Shown: piece by piece, positions 13,414 through 29,600 of the stretch
Layout of the letters: each line of letters begins with the position of its first letter
Numbering within the stretch: the stretch's first letter is position 1
Assembly (NCBI RefSeq): GCF_009914755.1
Contig: NC_060937.1
Strand: one strand, 5' to 3'
Length of the DNA: 64,000 nt
From: the human T2T-CHM13v2.0 reference genome, Homo sapiens
Made by a program: the position numbers and the translations under genes
Notes under the pieces: model-generated
What the model was told of the DNA's origin: nothing
Databases searched by the model: none
What the model saw: only the letters and a program-made list of their open reading frames with translations

Positions 13414-14164
13414 CGGGTGTCGGGGAACTGCTAGCTAGCTACTTGCTGATCACTTCAACCTCTATTTGCATTAAACACATTTTCTGCTGGCAAGTTTGGG
13501 AAAACGGAATATTATTTAGGAGTGAGCAGTACACATAGGATATTAAAGTTCCTGTTACAGTTTAGTTTTCTTGGGAGTTAGCACTTTGGAGGAAGATTTA
13601 ACTTGAAATGCATTCACTTTGCACCTTTTAAGCAGATATTTACACTTGCTTGTGTTAAAATGAAAGTGTTTAGCTACAGGAAGAAAAAAAGGCACAGACT
13701 TGTCTTTATTCAACCAACACAAAGAAAACTTTGGAGAACCTGGGGGATAGGGAGTAAGTAAGAAGAGGGAGAGGAAGAAAGTGACGACTATCTTGGTTAA
13801 TAAAAAATGTCAGGTCAGGAGTCCACGTGCCCTAACAAGGCATCTCTTCTCCCCTAGGTTTTTTACAATTCCATTGTAAAATCTAGATTCTCATCAGGAC
13901 ACATTTTATCAAAGAAAATTTCCCTGTATACATTATGTTGCTAATCAAATTTTGCTTAATAAAAATAAAATGTATGTATAAAAAATAAGGAGTATGTACA
14001 CCCTGCATTCCATAAAGGAAGGGGTATTCTTATCAGAAATAATAGATTATATTTATCATCGGAACCCAGTCTATCTTTCTAAGGGGGATTTAGAGTGGTC
14101 CATAGGAAGAAATGTACTTTTTCATTACCAAAACTTTTCAAAAGCCTTTTCAGTGTAAGAGATA

Positions 14165-14361
14165 TACAAATGATATTTAAACATATGAAATGATGCTCTA
14201 TTTCACTCATGAGAAATGCAGATTAAAGGTATGTTAAGATACCATTTATTACCTATCAGTTTGGCAAAAATTTCAACACTTACTGATATGCTATCAACAG
14301 GGCTTTGGGAAAGCAGGCACTCTCATACATGATTGTTGGGAATGCCAAATGGCATAGCCCT
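14165..14361 (+). mobile_element. Old L1M ORF2 3' fragment
   Basis: 'aaacatatgaaatgatgctc...gagaaatgcagattaaa...gataccatt...acctatcagtttggcaaaaa'. Confidence 0.75.
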
Positions 14362-14630
14362 TGTATTAGTCAGGGCTCTTCAGAGAAATAGAACCAATAG
14401 GGTGTGTGTGTAGAGAGAGAGAAAGAGATTTATTTGAAGGAATTGGTTCACACTATACTGGAGGCTGGCAAGTCCAAAATCTGCAGGGTGGACCAGCAGG
14501 CTGAAAACCTAGGAAAAGCTGATGCTGCGGCTCAAGTTCACAGCCTGTCAGGCTGGAGAATTCCCTCTCCACTCCTGCTCAGGGCAGGCTAGTCTTAATG
14601 CATTTAAGTGAGCCAGGGATTCATGAGACC
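14362..14630 (-). mobile_element. MLT2 (ERVL) LTR fragment
   Basis: 'tgtattagtcagggctcttcagagaaatagaaccaatagg...ggaggctggcaagtccaaaatctgcagg'. Confidence 0.85.
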
Positions 14631-15949
14631 ATATTATTTTTCAGAAGCGCTTAATCAAGATCTCAAGTACTTTGAGTTCTCCTGTCATTCTACTCCCATC
14701 CAAAATGTGGATGACTTTTTCTCCCCTAAGTTTCAATGATTAAAAAAAGTCCAATACAGATTCTATATACCTTTTGACTTTTTATCTTTTTCTGCCTCAA
14801 AAGGATACAAGGTGTCAAAAATGTGAAATTATCAGATATAGTTTCATATTTTGGGGTCATGATTTGTTTTTGTATCAAATCTCTTTCCTCTGTCTGATTA
14901 CAACATATCCAAAGCTTTCTTGGGTCAGTTACCAAAAGAAAACTCAAGAGGAGCTCCAGTATCACTGGTTATTTTAGGGGGTGAGAGAGGAAAGAGATTA
15001 GAAGTGGAAAGGCTCTTAGGAGGCTAAATATAGCAAATGATTTCCAGGGCCTGAACTAAGGCAATGGCAGCAGCAAGAAAATAGGGAAAGTAGAATTGAT
15101 TGTTCTTGGAGATGCCCAGGTCTCTTGCTCAAGCAGCTGGATGGTTGCATTATCCTCCATTATCTCCTTCACAGAAAGTGACCATCTTGGCTGCTGCATA
15201 AAGTGCTAATACCAAAAAGAACCACACAACAATAAAATTCACATTCTCAAAATAAAAATAAAAAAAGAAAGCCAAAGAAAAATGATGCACTGCTTTGACT
15301 AACTGGTTCTTTAGATTTTAATTACAGAAGAAAGAAATTATAGAATTTTCTTCCATACTAGGGTGAAACATAAAATTCAGCCTTTGTGGCATGAGGTGGA
15401 GGTTGGGTGGAGTTTAGGTCCAGCAGGATCAATTTTGACATCCAAGCATTTAGGACTCACTGTTCCAAAGCAACAGGTGAAAATGAGGTCTCTATAGCAT
15501 CATGGCACCACTATACAGTCATTTTGATGTGGAAAATTAATGATTTCTAATTTCTTTTCCATGGGAAATCTGATGCTTAGAGAGCAGAGCAGTGTTGATA
15601 TTATTAATATCGGGGAAAAATTATAAGCTGTATATCATTGCTTGGCTGTCCTGTAAAGAGTAGTGGACACATCCCACCAGGGGAGTGTGTGATAATGTGC
15701 AGATTCGCATGAATGCACACATACAACCTTTGGCTTGAAGATTCGAGTTAAAGCATAATTCAAGCCAATCAGGACAAAAACTAAAAGATAGGGGCAGGGG
15801 ATGGAGACAATTCACTACATAATATGTACTCATATGTCCAAGGTATATTGTTATGGTTGATTTTATTATTTTTCAAATTATTCGCTGCCTCTTCCCAAAG
15901 TGAAAGTTTTCCTGGGGGCCCTTTCTCTGTTGTGTTGCTTCCTGCAGAA

Positions 15950-16250
15950 GGATTACACATTCCTGCCCTGTTCAGGTGGAGCTGTGTAACTTATTTAGAA
16001 CAATAAAATTTGAGTGAAGTCATGTAAGTTATTTCTGAGCAGAAATTTTAAGAGCTAGTGAATAGTTCCCTATCTCTCTTTGTCCTCTGCTTGGAGACCA
16101 GTAAATCCAGATAGGGGCTTTCCCATCAAATAGGGTCCCTGTGTGAAAATAAGGAGCAGAGTTTCAGCTGACCCACAATGGCTTATTACATGAGTGAGGA
16201 ATACGGGGATCTCTTGTTACTGCAGCATAACTTAGCCTAAGCTGACAAAA
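15950..16250 (+). mobile_element. MLT1I/J-like MaLR LTR
   Basis: Ends 'ttgttactgcagcataacttagcctaagctgac'; internal 'ttctgagcagaaattttaagagc'. Confidence 0.75.
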
Positions 16251-16289
16251 TTGTATTACTTACTCCATCAATTATACTACATAGTTAAC

Positions 16290-16725
16290 ATAGTCTTGCT
16301 ACAAAATTCCAGTTGGTATTTAAAAAATAAGCATTTATTTCTCACTCTTGTTTGCAGGTTGGCTGAGGTCCAACTTATCTAGATTGGGTTTGGCTGGCCG
16401 TGGCTTCAGGCTTAGGCTGAGTTCAGGTACATTCCACGTGCTACTCATTCTGAGACTAGAAGGTTACCCTGGACACATTCTTCTCATGACAAAAGGAAAG
16501 AGCACAAAAGGACAACCCCAAGCCTATAGATGTGTTTTAAATGGACTGCTTTCATCCCATTCAGAACATTCAATTGGCCAAAGCAAGCTTCCCGGCTAAA
16601 TCCAGTATCAGCTAGGCAAGGAAATATACTCTGCCTCTTGTAGGGCAAACTGCAAAGTCTTATGACTAAGGTGGTAGATAAAGGGAGAAGGAAAGAGTAG
16701 AGAACAATAATGCAATCCACCACTA
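16290..16725 (-). mobile_element. MLT1J/K-like MaLR LTR
   Basis: 'aataagcatttatttctcac', 'acattcaattggccaaagcaag', end 'aacaataatgcaatccacca'. Confidence 0.7.
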
Positions 16726-16830
16726 GCTGGATAATTATTTATCAGCAGGTTCAATGGGAGTCCCTTGAATTCTGTGTGTTCCTGGCATGAGCCACACCAT
16801 CACCTCTCTCCCTGTGTGACATTTACAGCT

Positions 16831-17012
16831 GGAGAGGATCCAAATTCTGTGGGACTGAGCTTTATACACTTTGGGGTGCTCCTTTCAAGTAAAAGATCAC
16901 AAAATACCAGGCAAATGTATTGCTAGCTTCTCCTGGGGTCCTCAAAAGGGCCCATGCAAACGAGGGTCTTTGAAACTGAAGCTTCTTTAGCTTCTCATTA
17001 AATCAGCCCCTG
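16831..17012 (+). mobile_element. MER53-like hAT DNA transposon
   Basis: 'ggatccaaattctgtgggactgagctttatacactttgggg' ... 'gaagcttctttagcttctcattaaatcagcccctg'. Confidence 0.75.
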
Positions 17013-17139
17013 CTCACAGGCTCACCGCCGTGATCTTTCTTGTGAACAGTCGCTAAAATCTCACTTTTATGTTTACTGACTTATGTCAGTCTTCAAGTAG
17101 CTGAGGATTTCCAGATCATCCCACAATACCTATAACTAT

Positions 17140-17430
17140 ACACATGGTTCAAATGTTACTTTCTCAAGGAGAACTTCTTTAACGAGCCTATTAAAAATTG
17201 TTTCTACCCCATAGAATCTCCATCCCTTTCCTGCTTTCCTTTTCTTGATAGAATTTATCTTATATATTACATATTTTATTTATTTGTTTATGTATTTTCT
17301 CCCACTAAAATATAAGCTCCATGAGGGTGGGATACTTCATCAGCTTTGAACATTAATATATTTTTAGTGTTTCAAAAAATGCATGGGACATGGTATGTTC
17401 TTAATAAAGATGTATTGAACAAGTATATAA
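17140..17430 (+). mobile_element. L2a 3' end
   Basis: 'ctcccactaaaatataagctccatgaggg...catggtatgttcttaataaagatgtattgaa'. Confidence 0.8.
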
Positions 17431-17889
17431 AGGAAAGAGTCATGTATTCTGCTGTTTTTATTCTAATGTATGTCGAGAAAGAAAACAGTTGGAATGGAAT
17501 TGATATTAAACATATTACCAAAACAGAGCTGGAAAGTACCTTAGAGATCATAGTCAAAATTTCTTACTTTATAAATTGGGAAACCTTGCAAAGTAGCTAA
17601 TTTCTGGGATTTTGCAGATATGGGCATTTAAATGTATACCTTTTACATCATCTTTTTTACTGTTTTATTTTATTTTTTTAAGTTCTGTGGTACAAATGCA
17701 GGATGTGCAGGTTGGTTACATGGGTAAACATATACCATGGTGGTTTGCTGGACCTATCAGCTTAGGTATTAAGCCCAGCATCCATTAGCTCTTTTCTCTA
17801 ATGCTCTCCCCTCCCCTCCCCTCCCCCAATAGGCCCTAGTGTGTGTTGTTCCCCTCCCTGTGCCCATGTGTTCTTGTTGTTCAACTCCC

Positions 17890-21645
<3,756 letters not shown>

Positions 21646-21710
21646 GTAAATTCGGTCTTGTCATCATGATGCTAGCTGGTTAATTTTGCAGACTTGCTAA
21701 TGTGGTTGCT

Positions 21711-22767
21711 TCATAGCATCATTGGTCTGTGTACTTCAGTGTGTTTTTGTAGTGGCTGGTAACGGTTTTTCCTTTCCATGTTTAATACTTCCTTCAGGAG
21801 CTCTTGCAAAGCAGGGCTGGTGGTGACAAAATCCCTCAGGATTTGCTTGTCTGAAAAGGCTTTTATTTCTCCTTCGCTTATGAAGCTTAGTTTGGCTGGA
21901 TATGAAATTCTTGGTTGAAAATTCTTTTCTTGAAAAATATTGAACATTGACCTTCAATCTCTTCTGGCTTGTAGGGTTTCTGCTGAGAGGTCTACTGTTA
22001 GTCTAATGGGCTTCCCTTTGTAGGTGACCTGGCCTTTCTCTCTGACTGCCCTTAATATTTCTTCCTTCATTTCAACCTTGGAGAATCTGATGATTATGTG
22101 TCTTGGGGTAGATCTTCTCATGGATATCTTATTGGATTCTCTGGACTTACTGAATCTGAATATTGGCCTGTCTTGCTGTGTTGGGGAAGTTCTCCCAGAT
22201 GATATCCTGAAGAGTGTTTTTCCCAACTTTGTTCAATTCTCCCTGTCTCTTTCAGGTACTCCAATCAGTCATAGGTTCAGTCTTTTTACATAGTCCCATA
22301 GTTCTCAGAGGTTTGGTTTATTCCTTTTCATTCTTTTTTTCTCTAATCTTGTCTGCCTCCCTTATTTCAGCAAGCTCTGATATTCTCTCTTCTGCTTGAT
22401 TGATTCAGCTATTAATACTTGTGTTTGCATCATGAAGTTCTTGTGCTGTGTTTTTCAGCTCCATCAGGTCATTTATGTTCCTCTCTAAACTGTTTATTCT
22501 AGTTAACAGCTCCTGTAATCTTTTATCATGGTTCTTAGCTTCTTTGCATTGGGTTAGAACATAATCCTTTAGCTCAGTGAAATTCGTTATTACCCACTTT
22601 CTGAAACTTACTTCTATCAGTTCATCCATCTCAGCTGCAGCCCCATTCTGTGTGCTTGCTGGAGAAGTGTTGCAGTTGTTTGGAGGAGAAGTTTTGCAAT
22701 CATTTGGAGGAGAAGAGGCATTCTGGCTTTTGGAATATTCAGTGTTTTTATGTTGGTTTGTCCTCAT
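21711..22767 (-). pseudogene. L1 ORF1p, frameshifted
   Basis: ORF pieces MRTNQHKNTE..., RRSTPRHIIIRFSKVEMKE...YKGKPIRLTVDLSAETLQARRD, KNFQPRISYPAKLSF. Confidence 0.95.
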
Positions 22768-24040
22768 CTTCGTAGGTTCATCTACCTTTGATCTTTGAGG
22801 CTGTTGACATTTGTATGGGGGTTTTGTGGGGTCTTTTTTTGTTGATGTTGTTGTTGTTGCTGTTTTTCTTCTAAAACAGGCCCCTCTTCCACAGGTCTGC
22901 TGGAGTTTGCTGGGGGTCCACTTCAGACCCTGTTCACCTGGGTATCACCAGTGGAGACTCCCGTACACCGGAGATTGCTGCCTGCTCCTTCCTGCAGAAG
23001 CTCCATCCCAAAGGGGCACCGACCTGATGCTGCTGGAGCTCTCCTGTATGAGGTGTCTGGCAACCTCTGTTGGGAGGTCTCATCCAGTCAGGAGGCATCA
23101 GATCAGGGACCCACTTAAGGAGGCAGTCTGACTGTCCCTTAGTGGAGCTGGTGCACTGTGCTGGGAAAATCTCCCTCATCCAGATCAGCTGGACTCCTCA
23201 GAGCCAGAAGGCAGGAAAGATTAAGTCCTCTGAACCTGAGATGGTGTCTGCCCCTCCCCTGAGGTACTCTGCCCCAGGGATTATCTATAAGCTCCTGGCT
23301 GGGGTGCTGGCATTCCTGCAGGGAGGCCTTGCCTGGTGAGGAGGGATAGATCCAGGTCCCACCTAAAGAAGCAGTCTGGCTACAATCTGCCACAACCACT
23401 GTGCTGTGTTGTGAGGAGTACCGCCCAGTCCAAACCTCCCTGCCTCCCTAGCACTGGGAAGGGAAAAGCCACCAACTAGAGCTACAGTAATGGCGGTTGC
23501 CCCTCCTGCTGGCAACTCAGTCGTCTTAGGCAGACTCCAGGCTTCTGTGCTAGCCAGCAGAGATTTCAAACCAGTGGGTCTTAGCTTCCGAGGTTCTGTG
23601 GGAGTGGGACCCTCTGAGTGAGACCATTTATCTTCCTGGCTTCTGCCCCCTTTCCGGGGGAGTGGATGGTTCTCCTGCCTCACTGGAGTTCCAGGCGCTG
23701 CCGGAGTATGTAAAAACTGCCGCAGCTCAGTGCCTGCTGGAATAGCCATTGACGGGAGCAGATGTCATGGGTCTGCCCAGTTTTGTGCTTGAGACCCAAA
23801 GCCCTCGTGGTGTAGGATCACAAGGGAATCTCCTGATCTGTGGATTGCAAAAATCCGTGGGAAAAATGTAGTGCCCCAGGTGGGTAGCACAGTCCCTCAC
23901 CGCCTCCCTTGGCTGGGTGAGGGAGGTCCCTTTACCACACGCAGCTCCGCAGCTCCAGAGTGAACTGTCACCCCCCGCCGCCTACTTTTTCTTACTCTCC
24001 TTGGGTCATGCCAACTGCCTAGTCAGTCCCAGTGAGGTGA

Positions 24041-24453
<413 letters not shown>

Positions 24454-24802
24454 TGTTACATTAGTCTTTTAAATGTAGCCTATGGAATTTAAACACAGTA
24501 CCATGGTATTATGAGCCATCAAAAAATAAACTTCTTTAACAGTAAAAAGCTTTCTATAATTCCTCTTTTTCCTTTTTACATTTCATTTCCTTCCTTTTCA
24601 GAGATTTATCATAATTTCTTATATTTTTATACTGGAAAGGGTTTTATTGATCCCCATATCATAATGAAAATAAGTATATGCATTTAAATTTTAATTCAAA
24701 AAATTTCTGTGACTTTAAGGCTCATGAATTTTTCTTTCCGGACTAAATTGTTATAATTATTACATTAAAATTAGTTTAAATGTCGTAAACATATTACATA
24801 TA

Positions 24803-25041
24803 CAGATTGAGCATTTCTAATCCAAAAATGAAAAATCTGAAATGCTTCCAAATCTGAAACTTTCATGACACGAGAGCTGACATGATATTCAAAGGAAATG
24901 TTCATTGGAGATTTCAGGTTTTGGATTTTCAGATTGGGAATGCTCAAGCAGTGAGTGTAATGTAAATATTCTAAAATCCTTAAAATAAAAAACGTGAAAC
25001 ACTTCTGGTCCAAACCATTTCAGATATGAAATATGTAGCCC
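24803..25041 (-). mobile_element. Tigger4a (MER46A) MITE
   Basis: 'cagattgagcatttctaatccaaaaat...aaacacttctggtccaaaccatttcagat' with internal inverted repeats; preceded by TA. Confidence 0.85.
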
Positions 25042-25599
25042 ATTTTTAAAGGAAAATTATTAAACCTAGAAAATTTTTATTAGAATCATATCTCTTAATA
25101 AGATGGAGATCCAAAACAATTATTTCATGTATATCCATATATATGCCTGTGTATTTATTAACTAAAATGAGATGGTATTCAGCATTGATTTTACTTCCAT
25201 TTAGCATTTTTGTAAATAAAATTTCAAAGAAAATCCATTCATAGATGGAATAGTAAAGTTTTCCTTCTTTACTATATAGATGGAGTAAAAGAAGTTTTAT
25301 TATAGGAATGTCATTTGATTGATTCTTTGAATTCCTTTTCAGTTATATGCCAAAAATCACATAGTGATCTATTATCGAAATTATTTTTTATCATTTATCT
25401 TCTGAGAACTTGATTTCATCCTCTTTTAGTTTAGCTGAAAGCAACAAATGGGAGACCACAAGACTTGTAAAAGTACTTGTTACTTTCTCAATACCAAGCC
25501 AAAAGACTGACTTTTCCCTTCATCTGTTGCCCAAGTACTTTTACAATGCCCTTGTAAGAATATGCTGTGACAGGATTTGATAGGGTGACAACAGGGTAG

Positions 25600-25752
25600 G
25601 CTACACCAGCATTCTCACAGAACCCCCAGCTCAGCTATTGGTATTGGTTTAATACACTGCTCACACTGTCTTGAAATTCTTAATAATCTTGGAACAAGTG
25701 ACCCCACATTTTCATTTTGTACTAGTTCCTGCCAATTATGTCACTGGTTCTG
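25600..25752 (+). mobile_element. MER91A-like hAT element
   Basis: 'gtcttgaaattcttaataatcttggaacaagtgaccccacattttcattttg...aattatgtcactggttctg'. Confidence 0.75.
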
Positions 25753-26245
25753 AGTGAGAGGTCTACTTTTCTTTCATAACGTAGGAGAAGAACTATGGTA
25801 AATGAGGTGGTGGGAAAGCAGAAGTGGTTTGGAACAGGCACGTTCCCAGGAAAAACAGTTTTTACAAAAGAATGCATGAGAAACTTGAGGATCTGGAAAT
25901 GGAGCTCTTTAAAACTCGTTAGTAAATCTTCTCATAGCCTCCAAGCATTTGGGTACTCCATTTTGAAAACCACTACTTTTCTTCCAGTAGGCATGTTGTA
26001 TGACTGCTGGGCCTGTTGGATTTTTGCACTTCACTGAGAAAAGAGACGACAATTTTCTTAATCAACATGACACAATTTGAACACTACTTGATTTTTATGG
26101 ATATTATTATCAATACAAATTATTACTAACATACTTCATGCTATGCAACAGAACTCCTAGTATGTATTTTGATAAGAATATTTGTGGTGAGTAACTACTT
26201 CTGAAGGTGAAATGTAGAGTCTTGATTAGAGAATTCAAAATTCTG

Positions 26246-26630
26246 TGCCATCATAAAAAGGAGTGAAATCATGTCCTTTGCAGGGACATGGATGGAGCTG
26301 GAAGCCATTATCCTCAGCAAATTAAATGCAGGAACAGAAAACCAAATACTGCATGTTCTCACTTATAAGTGGGAGTTGAATGATAACACACATGGAGGAG
26401 AACAACACACACTAGGGCCTGATGGAGGGTTGGGGTGGGAGGAGGGAGAGCATCAGGAAGAATACCTCATGGATGCTGGGCTTAATACCTGGGTGATGGG
26501 ATGATCTGTGCAGCAAATCACCATGGCACACATTTAACTATGTAACAAACCTGCACATCCTGCACATGTACCCCTGAATCTAAAATAAAAGTTGGAAAAT
26601 AAAATAAAACAAGTTAAAATGACAACAAAA
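26246..26630 (+). mobile_element. 5'-truncated L1PA (L1PA15/16-like) 3' end
   Basis: SFAGTWMELEAIILSKL, 3' UTR and A-rich tail; 18-bp TSD agagaattcaaaattctg (26228-26245) / agataattcaaagttctg (26631-26648). Confidence 0.93.
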
Positions 26631-29600
26631 AGATAATTCAAAGTTCTGATTAACTTCCCCTATGGTATAAATGAGAATGAATTTGTACCCGGTTATTACT
26701 CTTTTCGTACTGAAATATTTTGAATTACCACATGGTGTCAGAGGAACCAACAGATGCCTACTCTATCAAAGCTTTCTGACTCCAAATTTAATGCTATTCT
26801 TCACACGCTATACTAGTGATTCAGACAGAATACCCCTCCCCAGGAGCACATAAGGGAAGAGGGACTGTGTGGCAGTCACAGAGCTGGACTGAGTAGACAG
26901 GTGGGGGTCTCCCAGTTCTGACAATCTTCTTGATTCACAGCATCCTGGTTTTCATTTCAGACTTTGTGTTTATATAATTTTGAAAATAATTAATTCTTCT
27001 CTAGATAAAGATATCATATAATGAAGTATTTTCTTTCTTACAGTATATCCAAGAACAAATACTTAACAATAGACAAAATGAAGTGAATGTACCCTAGGCG
27101 ATAGAAGGGATACAAAAGTACTATCTCTAGTAGTGGTGAGGAAAAGTGAAGCAATTGGGTTATGCCAACTCTGGGAGACAGACAGATAATAAAAATGACA
27201 GCTATTGAAACTTAAGTAGAAAGTGAAATTAACACCATCTTTTTTTAATGTACTTAGTGCTTATTTAAGATTACTGTACTTGAAATGAGATGACTTGGGT
27301 TCTAATCTCAGATCTACAATTTTATGAATCACAGAACTCCTCTAAGACATAATTTTTGCTTCTGTAATACAGTTCCATATACTGTCTGCATGGTGTCACT
27401 TATAGTAATGTTGTAAAACTCACAGGAGAAAAATTAACTTCCTCAACTCATCTCACTATTTTACTACTAAACATGTAACTGGTATGAATCAGCCAATACA
27501 ATGAGCCAATACGATCAGCCATTTCCTCTCTAGCATGTGAAGTATCTGGGAGGCTTTTAAATTTCTGTTTAGAATTCTATTTTGATTTATCTATAGTGTC
27601 TTTGAATATGTTTCTCTGCATGGCATCTTTAGTGGTTGTTCTAGGTGTTATACCTTCTTCCATCTTCCTGGACTATTTGTTTTTTTTAGGAGCAGCCTTC
27701 AAATGTATACCATAAAATGCTGCTGTCTCTGCTTGACTTATTCATTTTGGGAGTGACATTATCCTGTCTCATGGTTCTGTGGCTCTCTAACCCATCTTTT
27801 ATATTCTCTGTAACTTATCTTCAGTAGTTGAGAATGGAATTTGTGATTTGTATTTTTGACTCTAGATATAGGGGCAATTGTTAATAATTGACATACTCTA
27901 ATCTGGAATAGAAATACCATAGGAGATTAATAAACATTTAAAAGATTCTTAATGAAAGGCTTACATTAGAGGCAGCTATAAGAACTTTAGCTATCTTTAC
28001 CTCCAATGAACATCAAAGACTCTCTTGAATTAATATTAGCATAACAGATGTTAGAAAAACTTTTTCGCTGATGAAATAAGTGGTATTTAAGGTATGTGGA
28101 TTGGCCAAAAATGTCAGGCAAGCACTATGAGAATTCAGCAAGCTCAGTAGCCCAAATCTTTCCGAGAGGCAGCCATAGATTAGGATTCTAATCCATCTCA
28201 TCTGTGACCTCTCACCCGGGAATTTTCACACAGGAAAATCCTGTTAGATTTTTGCTGAGTGAATCTTCCAGACAAAGTGTCTATTGGGATGCCTAAAAAG
28301 ACAGAGAGCTGGCATTTCACTGAGCTTACAAAATAAATTGTGATTGGTTTTTGTGCCTGCTTGCTAAGAAAAATTGGTTCACGTGTTAGAACTACATCTG
28401 AGATTCTCTGTCAGTGTATCATCACCTGGTGCTGATACGGTGGGGAAGAAGACCTACAGACCCTTCCTACCTCTAACTAGTAGGAAATAACTGATATTTC
28501 GCAAATGGAACATAATAATTGTCAAGTACCAACTTGTCTTGAGCCATTTGCAAGCTCATGGCATATAGCATTGCCTACATCTTCCTTCCATGCTACACGG
28601 GGGAAGTTCAGGCTCTCTGCATGCTACACTGAAGGTCAGGTTCAGATTCTACTCTCTTTGACTGCAAAAATTCTCTGATTTGTTTCTGAAGTGCAACTGG
28701 AGGCCTTGGGGCAGCTAATGTTTTTTCTTGAATAACCCCAAGTGGCAGCTCCTTGGAAGGAGTAATTCAGGAACTTGAACTCATTTATGCCCATTACCAT
28801 GTGGGGTACCTTCCTCCAATACACTAAAAACACCTAGACCTTCTATAGTGCATGACGAGAGAACAGATGCATGGTGGAAGAGGAGACATCTATGAAAACA
28901 AATAGCTTTTTAAGAGTTACCCCCAATAATTTCAGCATAATTGCATCTAAGTGTGCCCAGAAAATAAAGCAGAAATGACTTTTTTCATAATTTCCAGGAA
29001 AAAAGTGACATAATTAAGAGGCTTTCTCTTTGTTTTCTTGTCAAGATATTACTCTTCAAACCTTATCACAGAGCCTACTTGGAGATCTAATCTAGTAAAC
29101 TAAGCAAGGAATACTCTTGTTGTAAACACTAACCAGAGCAGAGAACATTGAGCTGGAAGTATTTTGAGCTTGTTGGAAGCCCTTTTTTAAATGAAATGTT
29201 AGCAGGGACTTTAATATAAAAAATGGATGTCGGCAATGATCAGTTTCCTCAGTCAGTATAAGTATTCATCATTGCTTCCAGAGCCTCTAATCTCTTTCAA
29301 GAAGCCACTGCTTAAAAGTCAGAGGCATTCTCATGTGGCCCTCTTTCTGCCGTAGATCAAAAGTTGCAAGGCTCTTTGAATTCTAACTCCCATTTTTTGG
29401 AATTTGTGTCAAATAATAGTTCTGTGGGAGTTTTTCTGTCTGTTGTTTTTCTGTCTGGCTGCCAGTGAACCAGTGTGGGTCAGGCCAGTTGGAGACACAG
29501 AGGGCTTTCAGATTCTCCAAATTCTGCAGCCCAGTAGTGCCATATTGGCAACTGAAGGGAATGCAAGGGTGTCAAGCGGACAGACACGTTACAAGTTTAG

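Noticed and set aside
23070-23390. Diverged direct repeat (ccac(t/c)taa(g/a)ga(g/a)gcagtctg) as a novel element
   Set aside because: Lies inside the L1 5' UTR; internal repeats are, as I recall, a normal feature of L1PA8-era UTRs.
24803-25041. Long imperfect palindromes suggesting a structured ncRNA
   Set aside because: Explained by the Tigger4a/MER46A MITE inverted repeats.
28218-28242. Paired NF-kB-like sites
   Set aside because: Both are imperfect matches, expected by chance in 64 kb.
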